Below, piece after piece: positions 17,046 to 26,387 of a stretch of 35,279 bases of DNA. The stretch's first letter is position 1; every line of letters starts with the position of its first letter. Made by a program: the position numbers and the translations under genes. The DNA is taken from assembly GCA_043750125.1 (NCBI GenBank), contig JAYVCD010000365.1:1-35279 (forward strand), read 5' to 3'. The stretch comes from Archangiaceae bacterium (GTDB taxonomy: Bacteria > Myxococcota > Myxococcia > Myxococcales > Myxococcaceae). The notes below the pieces were generated by a model. The model searched no databases. It was not told the DNA's origin and saw only the letters and a list, made by a program, of their open reading frames with translations.

Positions 17046-17759
17046 ATGCTGATTCTCGGCCACCGCGGTGCCAGCGCTGCCTTTCCCGAGAATACGCGCG
17101 AAGCCTTTGCCGCCGCCGTCGAGCAGGGGGCCGATGGAGTCGAGCTGGACGTGATGCGCTGCTCCTCGGGCGAGCTGGTGGTCTGCCACGACGATGACCT
17201 GCTGCGACTGGCCCAGAAGGCCTGGGTGGTGGAACGCACGCCCTGGTGGAAGCTGAAGCGGGCCGACGTGGGAACCGCGCTCGGCTTTCGGCCCGCCCGA
17301 ATTCCACTCTTGGAAGAGGTCTTCGAAGCACTGCCCAAAGCCTCGTTGCTGAACGTGGAGCTCAAGTGCGACCGGGCCGACGACCGCGGTTTGGCCCTCG
17401 AAGTCGGGCGGCTGATCGACCGCCGCAACGAATTCGATCGGGTCCTCGTCTCGAGCTTCAACCCCTTGTGCCTGCTGCGACTGGCCCGATCGTTTCCTTC
17501 GGTACAGCGGGGGTTGCTGATCGACCCAGAGCGTCGCTGGTTCAGCCAGGCGTGGCTGTGGCAGCCCCTGGTCGGCCGCGACGCGATTCACCCCCATCAT
17601 TCTCAGTGCACCCCCGAGCGGGTCGGCTTCTGGCACCGACAGGGGTTGAAGGTCGCCACCTGGACTGTCGACGATGGGCAGCGCGCGCGGACGCTGGCTC
17701 AGATGGGAGTCGACCTCTTGATCACCAACCGCCCCGCGGAAATGCGGGCGGCGCTCTAG
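17046..17759 (+). CDS. Glycerophosphodiester phosphodiesterase (UgpQ-like)
   Basis: Motifs GHRGAS, PENT, GVELDV, VVCHD, NVELK, WTVD, ITNRP. ATG at 17046. Confidence 0.93.
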   Translation: MLILGHRGASAAFPENTREAFAAAVEQGADGVELDVMRCSSGELVVCHDDDLLRLAQKAWVVERTPWWKLKRADVGTALGFRPARIPLLEEVFEALPKASLLNVELKCDRADDRGLALEVGRLIDRRNEFDRVLVSSFNPLCLLRLARSFPSVQRGLLIDPERRWFSQAWLWQPLVGRDAIHPHHSQCTPERVGFWHRQGLKVATWTVDDGQRARTLAQMGVDLLITNRPAEMRAAL

Positions 17760-18679
17760 AAGTCGAGGCCGAGCGTGAGGTTGATTGCCAGGACCGAAGG
17801 GACCTCGACCTGGAGCCCGGTGCCTCCCGCCGCGACGGGTTTGTCGAGGAAGCTGCCGATCACTGAGTAGGACACTTCGGCGCCGATGATCACCACTCCT
17901 CCGATGAAGCGGGCACCGCCGTAGAAGCGATTATGGGAATTGTTGAGCGCCTCGAGCGTGTCGAAGACGTAGATGTCTTTGAACTGTTCCTGTGGATTGG
18001 TCGAGGGCTTGTCCGATTCGGCCAGGGTGCGACCGGGGTGGAAGTCGACGTTGCCCGTCGAGGCGCCGACGAAGACCAGGTTCCAACCGATGTAGGGGGT
18101 CAGGGTCACCATTCCCCCCAGGGCAAACTGTTTTCCCACGCCCAGGTCGACGCCCCCGGCGGTGATGTCGAAGTCGCGGCTGTTGAGGAGCTTGGTGATG
18201 TTTCCGCGAACCGCGATGTCGGGCAGGTAGGTGAAGCCTTCATTGACCGCCCATTTCAGCTCGAGGGTGCCGGCTCCCATTCTGCTCTTCTCGATCCACG
18301 CCCCGCGGGCACCGAGCTCGAACGAAAAGGGGAGCCCCTTGCGGACGTGAATGGAAGGAATCCACATCGGCCCCCGGAAGTCTCGGTTCTCGGTGGGCAG
18401 CAGCACCTTCTGGTTGCCAAACGACACCACCGACGCCTCGACCGTGAAGGCAAAGCCCGAGTGCCCCAGCGTCTCGGGAGGCGAGAGGTTGACCGAAGTC
18501 AGGGCTGCGCCGAGCTGGCGGGCGAAGACCCGGAAGTTGGCGTTGGCGGCGGGCTGGTAGTTGAAGCCGCCCAGCAGCGGGTTCCCGAGGTCCGAGATCC
18601 GGAAATCGTAAGGGTCAGCGAAGGCGGCCGGTGCGAGCAGCAGACCGCAAACGCTCGCGAGAAGTCGAAGTCCGCCCAT
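17756..18679 (-). CDS. Predicted outer-membrane beta-barrel protein of unknown function
   Basis: Signal peptide ending AFA-D, alternating beta strands, and a C-terminal LTLGLDF beta-signal. Probable ATG at 18679. Confidence 0.7.
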   Translation of the reverse strand: MGGLRLLASVCGLLLAPAAFADPYDFRISDLGNPLLGGFNYQPAANANFRVFARQLGAALTSVNLSPPETLGHSGFAFTVEASVVSFGNQKVLLPTENRDFRGPMWIPSIHVRKGLPFSFELGARGAWIEKSRMGAGTLELKWAVNEGFTYLPDIAVRGNITKLLNSRDFDITAGGVDLGVGKQFALGGMVTLTPYIGWNLVFVGASTGNVDFHPGRTLAESDKPSTNPQEQFKDIYVFDTLEALNNSHNRFYGGARFIGGVVIIGAEVSYSVIGSFLDKPVAAGGTGLQVEVPSVLAINLTLGLDF

Positions 18680-18720
18680 GGCCCCGACGCTATCCGTCGG
18701 GGCCGCAGCGATCAATTAAT

Positions 18721-21700
18721 CTACGGCTTGGCCTTGGTCGGAGCGACCGGCGAGGCCTTCTGTGCGACGGCGGCAGGCCGCCGTCGAATGACGACCGTCT
18801 TCCGACTGGCGAAGTCCTGGCTCTCGCGGGCCACCACGGTGACGAGGTTGTTGCCCTCCTTCAACGCGAAGTCGGTGGTGAACTTGAGCCGGGCCTCGTC
18901 GCCCGCCTCTCGGCTTCGGAAGAATACCTTCTGATCGTTCACCAGCACGTAGACATCGAGCAGCGAAGGGTCGGCGACCACGCCCGATAGAGTGAACCGG
19001 TCCGTGTCGGCGACCACCCCGCCCTGCGAGGGGTCCACTGAGAGCGAGATGTCGGGCGGGCTGCGAAGCGCGACGTAGGTCGCGTCTTTGGCTCCCGTGG
19101 CCTTGGAACCCTTCGCGTCACGCACGTCGGCGAGCCGCACGAAAGCAAAGCGGTCTTTTTCCCACTCGACGCGGGCGACGGAGCTTCCCCGGGCCAGCTC
19201 ATTGAGGACCGCGCCTTTGGGCAGCCGGGCGAGGACCCGCGCATTGGGGTCCGCGCTCGCGAGCAGCTCAGACTTGTCGTTGATCTTCACCGCGCCTTTG
19301 CGGGCTTCGAACGCCACCGCCGGGGAACCCTCGGCCTCGATCGGGATCACGAGCTTGTCGGCAGTGAACTCTTCGAGCGGCTCATCGATGATCGCCATCC
19401 GGAGCCCGAAGTCCGTGCCCACGTAGGCCTTCTTCACCTGCAGATTGAACCGGGCCGTCTTGGTCTCTCCCGGAGCCAGCTCGCCCAGCTTGAAGCGCCC
19501 CTTCTCGATGAAGACGTTCTGGTCGGACGCATTCTTGATGCTGGTGAAAGTGTCGAGTGCTTTGCCGGTGCCGGTGTTGGTGACATCGAGCAACAAGGTG
19601 ATTTCTTCCCCTCGCTGAATGATGCCATCGCCGTTGCAGGCCGCGCAGTCGTCGATCACCTGGTAGTTGAAGCTGAAGGCCGGTCGCGGCAGCTCGGTGA
19701 AGGACAGCTCGCTCATCAACGTTTCCGTAAGCAGCCCGCTGTCGTCCTGGAACTTCACCGTCACGCCGTCGCGGCGCGAAGTGAGATCCTTCGGAAGCTT
19801 GACCTGAACGCTCCAGGTCTTCTTCTCGCCCGGCTTCACCAGGCCAAAGAGGAACTCGCGTCGATCGAGGAAGCCGTTGTCGCTTTCCGTCCACGCCCTC
19901 AGCCGGCGCAGCGGCTCGGTGCCGCGGTTCTCGGCCGTCACGTCCATCTGAACTGTCTCACCGGCGGCGATCTTCCGATCGAGCCCCGGCTTGATGGTTC
20001 CGGTCAGCTGCACGTTCTTCGGCGTTTCGCCGGGAGTCCAGTCGAGCCCCAGGGCGCTGATCGCCGAGCCGATGCGGGCCTCTTCAACCTGGCGCTTCTC
20101 GGTGATGAACCCCTTACCGGCCTCGAGCATCTTGTCCCGACGCACGAAGGGCGCAGCGATCACGAAGTCACGGGCAAACGACACCTCGAAGTCTTCCTTC
20201 ACCTCGTCCTGGGATTCCGCATCGAGCTGATCGTCGAGCTCCTCGGCCGCCGTGGGCGGGACCTCAGGAACGTCGGTCAGCGGGTGCTTGTCCTTCCCCT
20301 TCACCTTTGGATCTTTGGAGTTGGGCGGTACGGCGGGTTTGGCCGCTTCGGCGACCTTCTCTTTCGGCTCGTCCTTCAGGTATTTGAGCGACTCGGACGG
20401 CTTCTCGCGAAGGATTACGTCGCCCCGCTTCTTCACCGCTTCGGCTTTGTTGTTGTTGCTGAAGTGGTGCTCGAGGTCGGCCTCGCCCATCGTCTTGCGG
20501 GGCGCGAAGACATCGAGGCGATCTTTGGTCACCCGGGTGGGGATGAGCTCGATGTCGGGGGTGATGCCCACTTCTTGAATCGAGACGTCGCCGGGGGTGA
20601 GGTACTTGGCGATGGTCAGCTTGAGCGCGCTGTCGTCGGGGAAGTCGTAGAGGACCTGAACGCTGCCCTTGCCGAAGGACTGCCGACCGATGATCACCGC
20701 GCGGTTCAAGTTCTTCAGCGCGCCGGCGACAATCTCGGAAGCCGAGGCGCTGCCCGCATTGAGCAGCACCGCAATCGGGTACACGTCGTCGCCCTCGTCG
20801 GCGTGGGCCTTCTTCTCTTCCCGCAGCTTGTCCGAGAAGCCGACCGTCGCGACGATCGTGCCCTGAGAGACAAACAGGTCACTGACCTGAATCGCCTGAT
20901 CGAGCAGACCGCCGGGGTTTCCCCGCATGTCGAGCACCAGGCCGCGCATCCCACCGGGGCTGCCCTTTTCCCGAGAGCTTGCATCGAGCTCAGCCAGCGC
21001 CTGCTGCAGGTGGCGGGTGGTGTTGCCCTGGAAGTTCTTCAGCCGCACGTAACCGACGTTCTGACTGAGCAGCTTCGACTGCACCGACTCGATGTTGATC
21101 GTCGCGCGGGTGAGGGTCATCGGAGCCGGCTTTTCCCAGGCCTTCCGTTCGATGGTGATGGTGACCTTCGAGTCGACTGCCCCCCGAAGCTTCGAAACCG
21201 CTTCGTTCAGGTCCATGTTCACCGTCGACTCGTCGCCGATCTTCTTGATCTGATCGTCCTTCTTGATCCCGGCGCGGAAGGCAGGCGTCTTGGGCAACAC
21301 CTTGACCACGGTCAAGTTGCCTTCCTTCATCTGAATCACGAAGCCGAGGCCACCGAACTCGCCTTTGGTGGTCAGCTTCATCTCGCGGTAGAGCTCAGGT
21401 CGCAGCAGCACCGAGTGCGGGTCCAGGGTCTGCAGCATTCCGTTGACGGCCGCGTACTCGATTTCGCGCGTGTCCTCGACCGGCCGCATGTTCTTCGAGA
21501 TGAACTCGAAGACGTCTTTGAGGGTGAAGCTCATCTTCCACAGTGAATCGACCTTGCTGATGTCGAACTGTTTGAGCTTCCCGTTGACGTTGAGCTTCAT
21601 CACCCCGCTCTCGGCGGTTCCGTCGACCATCACGTCGGGGACGGTCTTCTCGACGTACTCGAGCGCCGAGACCATCATCTCTTTGGGCTTCACCCTCTTC

Positions 21701-21924
21701 GGGTCGACGTAGTTGTCCTTCACGTAGAGGATGACTTTGGTGAAGACGCGCAGTGCCGAGAGATCGTGTGGCCCCTTGGCAGTGGGTTTGTCGTCCGAAT
21801 CGAGGCGCGACGGTGCGGCAATGGCCTCAGGCATCGTTAGCGAAAGGGGAGCGCGATCGTTTCCCGCGAGTGCCCACGCTCCAAGGAGCGCAGCAACGAG
21901 AAAGATGCGGCGAAGCAAAGTCAT
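18721..21924 (-). CDS. S41 carboxy-terminal processing protease with a long Ig-like/SH3-like C-terminal extension (myxobacterial type)
   Basis: Signal peptide, LDPHS, PDZ (GGLGF...PAFRAGIKKDD), DMRGNPGGLL, catalytic SASASE and FGKGSVQ, then ~500 extra residues. Confidence 0.92.
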   Translation of the reverse strand: MTLLRRIFLVAALLGAWALAGNDRAPLSLTMPEAIAAPSRLDSDDKPTAKGPHDLSALRVFTKVILYVKDNYVDPKRVKPKEMMVSALEYVEKTVPDVMVDGTAESGVMKLNVNGKLKQFDISKVDSLWKMSFTLKDVFEFISKNMRPVEDTREIEYAAVNGMLQTLDPHSVLLRPELYREMKLTTKGEFGGLGFVIQMKEGNLTVVKVLPKTPAFRAGIKKDDQIKKIGDESTVNMDLNEAVSKLRGAVDSKVTITIERKAWEKPAPMTLTRATINIESVQSKLLSQNVGYVRLKNFQGNTTRHLQQALAELDASSREKGSPGGMRGLVLDMRGNPGGLLDQAIQVSDLFVSQGTIVATVGFSDKLREEKKAHADEGDDVYPIAVLLNAGSASASEIVAGALKNLNRAVIIGRQSFGKGSVQVLYDFPDDSALKLTIAKYLTPGDVSIQEVGITPDIELIPTRVTKDRLDVFAPRKTMGEADLEHHFSNNNKAEAVKKRGDVILREKPSESLKYLKDEPKEKVAEAAKPAVPPNSKDPKVKGKDKHPLTDVPEVPPTAAEELDDQLDAESQDEVKEDFEVSFARDFVIAAPFVRRDKMLEAGKGFITEKRQVEEARIGSAISALGLDWTPGETPKNVQLTGTIKPGLDRKIAAGETVQMDVTAENRGTEPLRRLRAWTESDNGFLDRREFLFGLVKPGEKKTWSVQVKLPKDLTSRRDGVTVKFQDDSGLLTETLMSELSFTELPRPAFSFNYQVIDDCAACNGDGIIQRGEEITLLLDVTNTGTGKALDTFTSIKNASDQNVFIEKGRFKLGELAPGETKTARFNLQVKKAYVGTDFGLRMAIIDEPLEEFTADKLVIPIEAEGSPAVAFEARKGAVKINDKSELLASADPNARVLARLPKGAVLNELARGSSVARVEWEKDRFAFVRLADVRDAKGSKATGAKDATYVALRSPPDISLSVDPSQGGVVADTDRFTLSGVVADPSLLDVYVLVNDQKVFFRSREAGDEARLKFTTDFALKEGNNLVTVVARESQDFASRKTVVIRRRPAAVAQKASPVAPTKAKP

Positions 21925-21966
21925 GGGGTTCTCGGTGGGAAAATGAAGGGTACAGCCTCGGAAAGC

Positions 21967-22770
21967 CTAATCACCTGCAACATGGGAAGCCAGAACACCC
22001 ATTTCGAGCGACAGCGCGCGGAACAGCAGCGTACCGGCGACGACCGCGAGAGGTACGAGAAAGCAGTTGAGCACCGGCAGCCACAGAACCGCATAGAGGG
22101 TGGCGCCCATTCCCATCGCCAGAAAGGGTCGCGCCCACATCGCCCTCAAGACGGCTCGAAACGGCATCAGGTGCCGCGCCATCGGGCCGGACAGATATTC
22201 CGCACACCCCCACCACATCGCCCAGGCGGCAGAGAGCACGGTGTAGATGAGGCTGCCGGCCCCTGGAATCAGGTTCAGCGGCAGCAAGAGCGCAAAGCCG
22301 ACCAACATCAACGCCAGCCGGGACAGCGTGTGGCCCAACGACACCAGGGTTCCCTGCACCAGGCGCTTGCAGGAAAGGAGCGGAGCGCTGAAGTTCCCCA
22401 GCCGCGCCTCGGTGGCTTCCGACAGGGGGTCTTGCAGCGGAGCGAGCAGGAGGTTTGGGACAGTCAGCGCTCCGATGGCGAGCAGCCCCAGGTACAACAA
22501 CACCGAGGCCCCCGTACCGGCGGCGTTTCGCCAGCCGCTGCCGGTGCCGACCCAGCTGTCGGCGACCCACCGGGCCAGCGGCCACAAGAAGACGAGAAGG
22601 CAGACGAGGGTGACGCCGGTCACGACCGCGCAGAACATCGACAACAGCAACAGGGTAGGGGTGGTGAGCACCAGCTTGAGCGCTCGAAACGGAAGCCCCA
22701 GCCCGGTGAAGAAGTCCGAGACCCGCGAGATGGGGGCGGCGACGGGGTTCAGATGCGAGCCGGGCAGCAT
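21967..22770 (-). CDS. EI24/CysZ-like membrane protein
   Basis: Hydrophobic helices with 'LLAPLQDPLSEATE', 'LNLIPGAG' and 'LPVLNCFLVPLAVVAGT'. Confidence 0.85.
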   Translation of the reverse strand: MLPGSHLNPVAAPISRVSDFFTGLGLPFRALKLVLTTPTLLLLSMFCAVVTGVTLVCLLVFLWPLARWVADSWVGTGSGWRNAAGTGASVLLYLGLLAIGALTVPNLLLAPLQDPLSEATEARLGNFSAPLLSCKRLVQGTLVSLGHTLSRLALMLVGFALLLPLNLIPGAGSLIYTVLSAAWAMWWGCAEYLSGPMARHLMPFRAVLRAMWARPFLAMGMGATLYAVLWLPVLNCFLVPLAVVAGTLLFRALSLEMGVLASHVAGD

Positions 22771-22806
22771 TCGGGAAGAGACACGTTATAAGAGTCGCCC
22801 CATTAC

Positions 22807-24135
22807 ATGTCGCTCGACAGCAAGAAGACCGAAGACCGGCCCCTGGCCTCCCTCGAGGAGCTGCTGGAGTACTTCAAATCCGCGGAGCGTCGCGACGGCC
22901 AATCGCTGATTGGGCTCGAGCACGAGAAGCTCATCTACCCGGTGGGCAAAGCGACTCCGGTTCCCTACGAAGGGGAGCAGGGCATCGGCGCGCTTCTTCG
23001 GTCGTTCGCCGCCAGTGGCTACCAGGAGTACCGCGAGGGCCCGGACCTGCCGGTGATCGCGATGACCCGGGGCCGCGCCGCGCTGTCGCTGGAGCCCGGC
23101 GGGCAGTTCGAGCTGTCGGGCAGCCCCTTCAATTCGGCGCGCGAAGCCCACCAGGAAAATGTCGATCACGTCAAGCAGCTGACTGCCAACGCCGCAGGCC
23201 TCGGCCTTCGGGTGGTGACGCTCGGCTATCGACCTTTTGATTCCATCGCGAACATGCCGTGGATGCCCAAGAGCCGATATCGGCTGATGCGAGACTCGCT
23301 GGGCGCGCGCGGCAAGCTGGCCCACGCGATGATGTTGATGACCGCGACGGGCCAGGTCTCGCTCGACTGGAAAGACGAAGCGGACTGCGCCCGCAAAGTG
23401 ATGGTCTCGGCGCGGCTGGCTCCGGTGTTGGTCTCGCTGTACGCCAACAGCCCGCTGGTCGAGGGCAAGCCCAGCGGCTACCTGTCGTGGCGCAGCCGGG
23501 TGTGGAACGACGTGGACCCGGCCCGCTGCGGCTACCTGCCGGCGATGCTCGATGGCAGCTTCAGCTACCGCGCCTATGTCGAGTGGGCGCTCGATGCGCC
23601 GCTGTTGTTTTTGCGGCGCGAGGGGAAGTACCTCAACCCGAAGATCACCTTCCGCCAGCTGATGGCCCACGGCTTCGAAGGAAGCCATGCGAGGCAGGGC
23701 GATTGGGTGGACCACCTCTCGACCTTGTTCCCAGAGGTTCGAATCAAGAAGGTGCTCGAGATCCGCTCGGCCGATTGCGTGAGCGTCGAGTTGACCGGCG
23801 CGCTCGCAGCGCTGATGCGCGGGCTGCTTTACGATTCGACTGCGATCAGCGAGCTGGAAACGGCGCTCCCGAAGTTGCCCTTGCCCGCGCACCTGGAATT
23901 GCACCACCTGGCCCAGCGCGAAGGACTGCAGGGGGTCTTCGCCGGTCGCCCGCTGGCCGCGCTGGCGCTCGAAGTGGTGGAGATCGCCGAACGAGGCCTG
24001 AAGCGCCTGGATCCCGCCGACGCCGCGTTGCTTCAGCCTCTGCTGGCGGTCGCGAGGTCCGGAAAGTCACCGGCCCACAAGGTGCTCGAAGCTCCCCGGG
24101 GGCCCGTTGCTCTGCTCGACTCGTTTACTGCCTGA
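22807..24135 (+). CDS. gshA: Glutamate--cysteine ligase (plant/alphaproteobacterial type)
   Basis: Motifs IGLEHEK, SLEPGGQFELSG, MPKSRY, MMLMTATGQVSLD, HLSTLFPEVR, EIRSAD. Confidence 0.92.
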   Translation: MSLDSKKTEDRPLASLEELLEYFKSAERRDGQSLIGLEHEKLIYPVGKATPVPYEGEQGIGALLRSFAASGYQEYREGPDLPVIAMTRGRAALSLEPGGQFELSGSPFNSAREAHQENVDHVKQLTANAAGLGLRVVTLGYRPFDSIANMPWMPKSRYRLMRDSLGARGKLAHAMMLMTATGQVSLDWKDEADCARKVMVSARLAPVLVSLYANSPLVEGKPSGYLSWRSRVWNDVDPARCGYLPAMLDGSFSYRAYVEWALDAPLLFLRREGKYLNPKITFRQLMAHGFEGSHARQGDWVDHLSTLFPEVRIKKVLEIRSADCVSVELTGALAALMRGLLYDSTAISELETALPKLPLPAHLELHHLAQREGLQGVFAGRPLAALALEVVEIAERGLKRLDPADAALLQPLLAVARSGKSPAHKVLEAPRGPVALLDSFTA

Positions 24136-24138
24136 GAC

Positions 24139-24492
24139 CTATTTCTTCAGCGCCTCTTCCAGCTTGCTGAAGGCATAGGAATCGGGACCGTACCGACCGA
24201 GGATCACCTTCGAGTCGTCGATCAAGAAAGGCCCGTGGTTGCCGGCGCGAAGCGCGTACCCGGCTTCCGGCTTCTCGACGATCATCTCTTTGACCTGCTC
24301 GCCCTTGAGCACCCGATTGATCTTGAGCTTCACCGTCTGGCTGGCGGTCTTCTGCCCGGTGTCGCTGGCCCCGGCGGGAGCTTCTTTCTTCGCTGGCGCC
24401 GGACCCTGCTTGAGCACTTCCACCACTTCGGCATCAAAGACCCAGCAGGCCCTGGGAAGTACTTCTTGAAGCGGTTCAGGAGGCTTTGCCAT
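24139..24492 (-). CDS. Hypothetical beta-rich protein (TIMP/NTR-like OB-fold pattern)
   Basis: ATG preceded by GAGG, 19 nt downstream of the calpain-like gene. Host-like codon usage. Pattern 'VFDAEVVEV...TVKLKINRVLKG'. Confidence 0.65.
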   Translation of the reverse strand: MAKPPEPLQEVLPRACWVFDAEVVEVLKQGPAPAKKEAPAGASDTGQKTASQTVKLKINRVLKGEQVKEMIVEKPEAGYALRAGNHGPFLIDDSKVILGRYGPDSYAFSKLEEALKK

Positions 24493-24511
24493 GGGGGATC
24501 CTCAGAAGGCC

Positions 24512-26284
24512 CTACTGGTTGGTGTACATCAGCGTCTGGTACAGCTTCTGGAAGTCAGCGAGCTTGAGGTCGAAGATTCCGTCGTTCGGCCCGTTGCCCG
24601 CAGGCTCGGTCTCGCCCCAGGGATTGCGCAGGGTGACGAGCTTCTCGCCGTTGACTTCCTTGTAGCCGAGCACCGAGTACGAGTGGTCCGAGTGGACGCC
24701 GGTGTTGGTGTAGAGCGCGTCCTGGTCGTCACCGTAGGTGCCCGCCGAGACCGGCTGCTTGGTGTCGATTGCCGTCTTGAGCGTGGTCCACAGCTTGTCG
24801 GCCTGGGTGTACTTGATGCTCATGTTCTGGCCGTCCTTGCCGAGCACTTCTTGAAAGATATTGCTCGAGAGGCCGCCGTTGCCGATGTCGTTGTAGCTGC
24901 CCTTCCACTGCGCGTAGGCCTTCTCGACGAGGGGGAACCACAGCTCCATCGTCTTCTCGCCCTTGTCGGCGCCCAGCGTCGCGCCGTACAGCGGCCCGCC
25001 CCAGCTGCGGACATAGAGGTCGCCGTCGATCTTGACCGGCACGTCCTTGTAGCGCCCGGTCGCCCAGTCTTTCTCTTTGAAGTTGACCGTGTAGGTCCCG
25101 TCGCCGTTCTCTTTGATCATCTTCTGCAGCGCTTCAGAGTTGTTGAGCGCCATCGCCGCGAACGCGGAAGGAATGTAGCAATCGCCCAGTTGGCCCTGCT
25201 GCACGTCGGTGACTGCCGGGCCGTCTTTGAAGAGCGGGCCGGTGAAGCGCTTGGTCGAAAACTTCGCAGTGCCGTCGGCATTCAGCTCGTCTTTGTGAAG
25301 CGCCGGATCTTTGATCAGGTCGCCGTCTGCAGGAACGCCGCCCGGAACGGTGAGCTTGCCGACCTCGCTTGCGAAGTCCGAATTGTTCTTCCCGTCGGAA
25401 GCCGCGACCGAGAACACGTCGCCCGCTTTGCCGGCAATGGTTGTGCCCGCCGGAAAGCTGCCTTTGTCGTCGATGGTGACCTTGGTCTTTTCGCCAGTGC
25501 GCGCGTTGGTGAACTGGAGCACTGCGCCCGGCTCGGACACCTGGCGGCTGGCGTTGATGTTCGCCAGGCCCACCTTGCCGCCGCCGGCGTCGGTCAAGCC
25601 GATGCGAAAGATCGCGACGACTGCGTTTCGGGTGTCGCTGATGGCCAGGCCGCCGGCCTTGACGGTGACCCAGTCGCCTGCGGTGCCGTCGGCGTGGCGG
25701 GCCCGCATGCGGATCAAGTCGCCTTCCTGCATCGCCTGGTCTCCGCTGAGCTGGGCGTTCTTGAACTGGCCCGCGGCGTCGGCCTTGCCGATTTCCATCG
25801 TGTCTTCGAGCATCAGGCGGCCCGAAGGTGCTGCGCTCAGGTTGATGGCTTCGATGCTGTCGCCCGCGGTGGCGCTGCCGGTGATGCCGGTGGCCTGGTT
25901 GCCGCTGATCTTCAGGCTGCCGTTGCCGACCGGAAGGGGAGGAGGAGGAGGCGGCGGCTGAGGCGCGCGCCCCACCACGGCTTCGAGGAAGGCGCGGGCG
26001 TCGACTTCGAGGGGGACCGTGCCGGCGTCGAGGATCTGCTCGAGGTCCGTCTTTTCGCTGCTGCTCATGCCCTTCTTCACGATGTCGACCTGGGTCTGTC
26101 GAGCGATGCCCGGCTTCTGCAGGTCGGCCAGAACCTTCGAGGCCGACGCAAACCAGCGATCTCCGACCGAGGCGAGAATGTCGAGGACCTGGGCCTGACC
26201 GATTTTGACGTTCGGGTTGGTGCGCTGCTCGGTCTCGAGTTTGGTGTAGACGGCAGCAATTCCCCGGTCGTTGATTTTCGGCAT
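24512..26284 (-). CDS. Calpain-like (peptidase C2) cysteine protease with N-terminal helical domain and Ig-like repeats
   Basis: Catalytic triad motifs QQGQLGDCY, HSYSV and LRNPWG, plus 'LWFPLVEKAYAQ'. Poly-Pro linker. No signal peptide. Confidence 0.9.
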   Translation of the reverse strand: MPKINDRGIAAVYTKLETEQRTNPNVKIGQAQVLDILASVGDRWFASASKVLADLQKPGIARQTQVDIVKKGMSSSEKTDLEQILDAGTVPLEVDARAFLEAVVGRAPQPPPPPPPLPVGNGSLKISGNQATGITGSATAGDSIEAINLSAAPSGRLMLEDTMEIGKADAAGQFKNAQLSGDQAMQEGDLIRMRARHADGTAGDWVTVKAGGLAISDTRNAVVAIFRIGLTDAGGGKVGLANINASRQVSEPGAVLQFTNARTGEKTKVTIDDKGSFPAGTTIAGKAGDVFSVAASDGKNNSDFASEVGKLTVPGGVPADGDLIKDPALHKDELNADGTAKFSTKRFTGPLFKDGPAVTDVQQGQLGDCYIPSAFAAMALNNSEALQKMIKENGDGTYTVNFKEKDWATGRYKDVPVKIDGDLYVRSWGGPLYGATLGADKGEKTMELWFPLVEKAYAQWKGSYNDIGNGGLSSNIFQEVLGKDGQNMSIKYTQADKLWTTLKTAIDTKQPVSAGTYGDDQDALYTNTGVHSDHSYSVLGYKEVNGEKLVTLRNPWGETEPAGNGPNDGIFDLKLADFQKLYQTLMYTNQ

Positions 26285-26339
26285 GGCGGTCGTCCCCTGG
26301 GCGATTCGAAGGCGGGTGGGATATTACAAAAGGCCTCAA

Positions 26340-26381
26340 AACTCCATCTGCCTACATTGTCGGACAAGGTCAGATGGAGTT
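26340..26381 (-). terminator. Inverted repeat / likely intrinsic terminator after the Hsp70 fusion gene
   Basis: AACTCCATCTG (26340-26350) and CAGATGGAGTT (26371-26381) form a perfect 11-bp IR with an inner TTGT-cgg-ACAA stem. On the minus strand it runs into TTTTGAGGCCTTTT. Confidence 0.6.
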
Positions 26382-26387
26382 GCGTCG

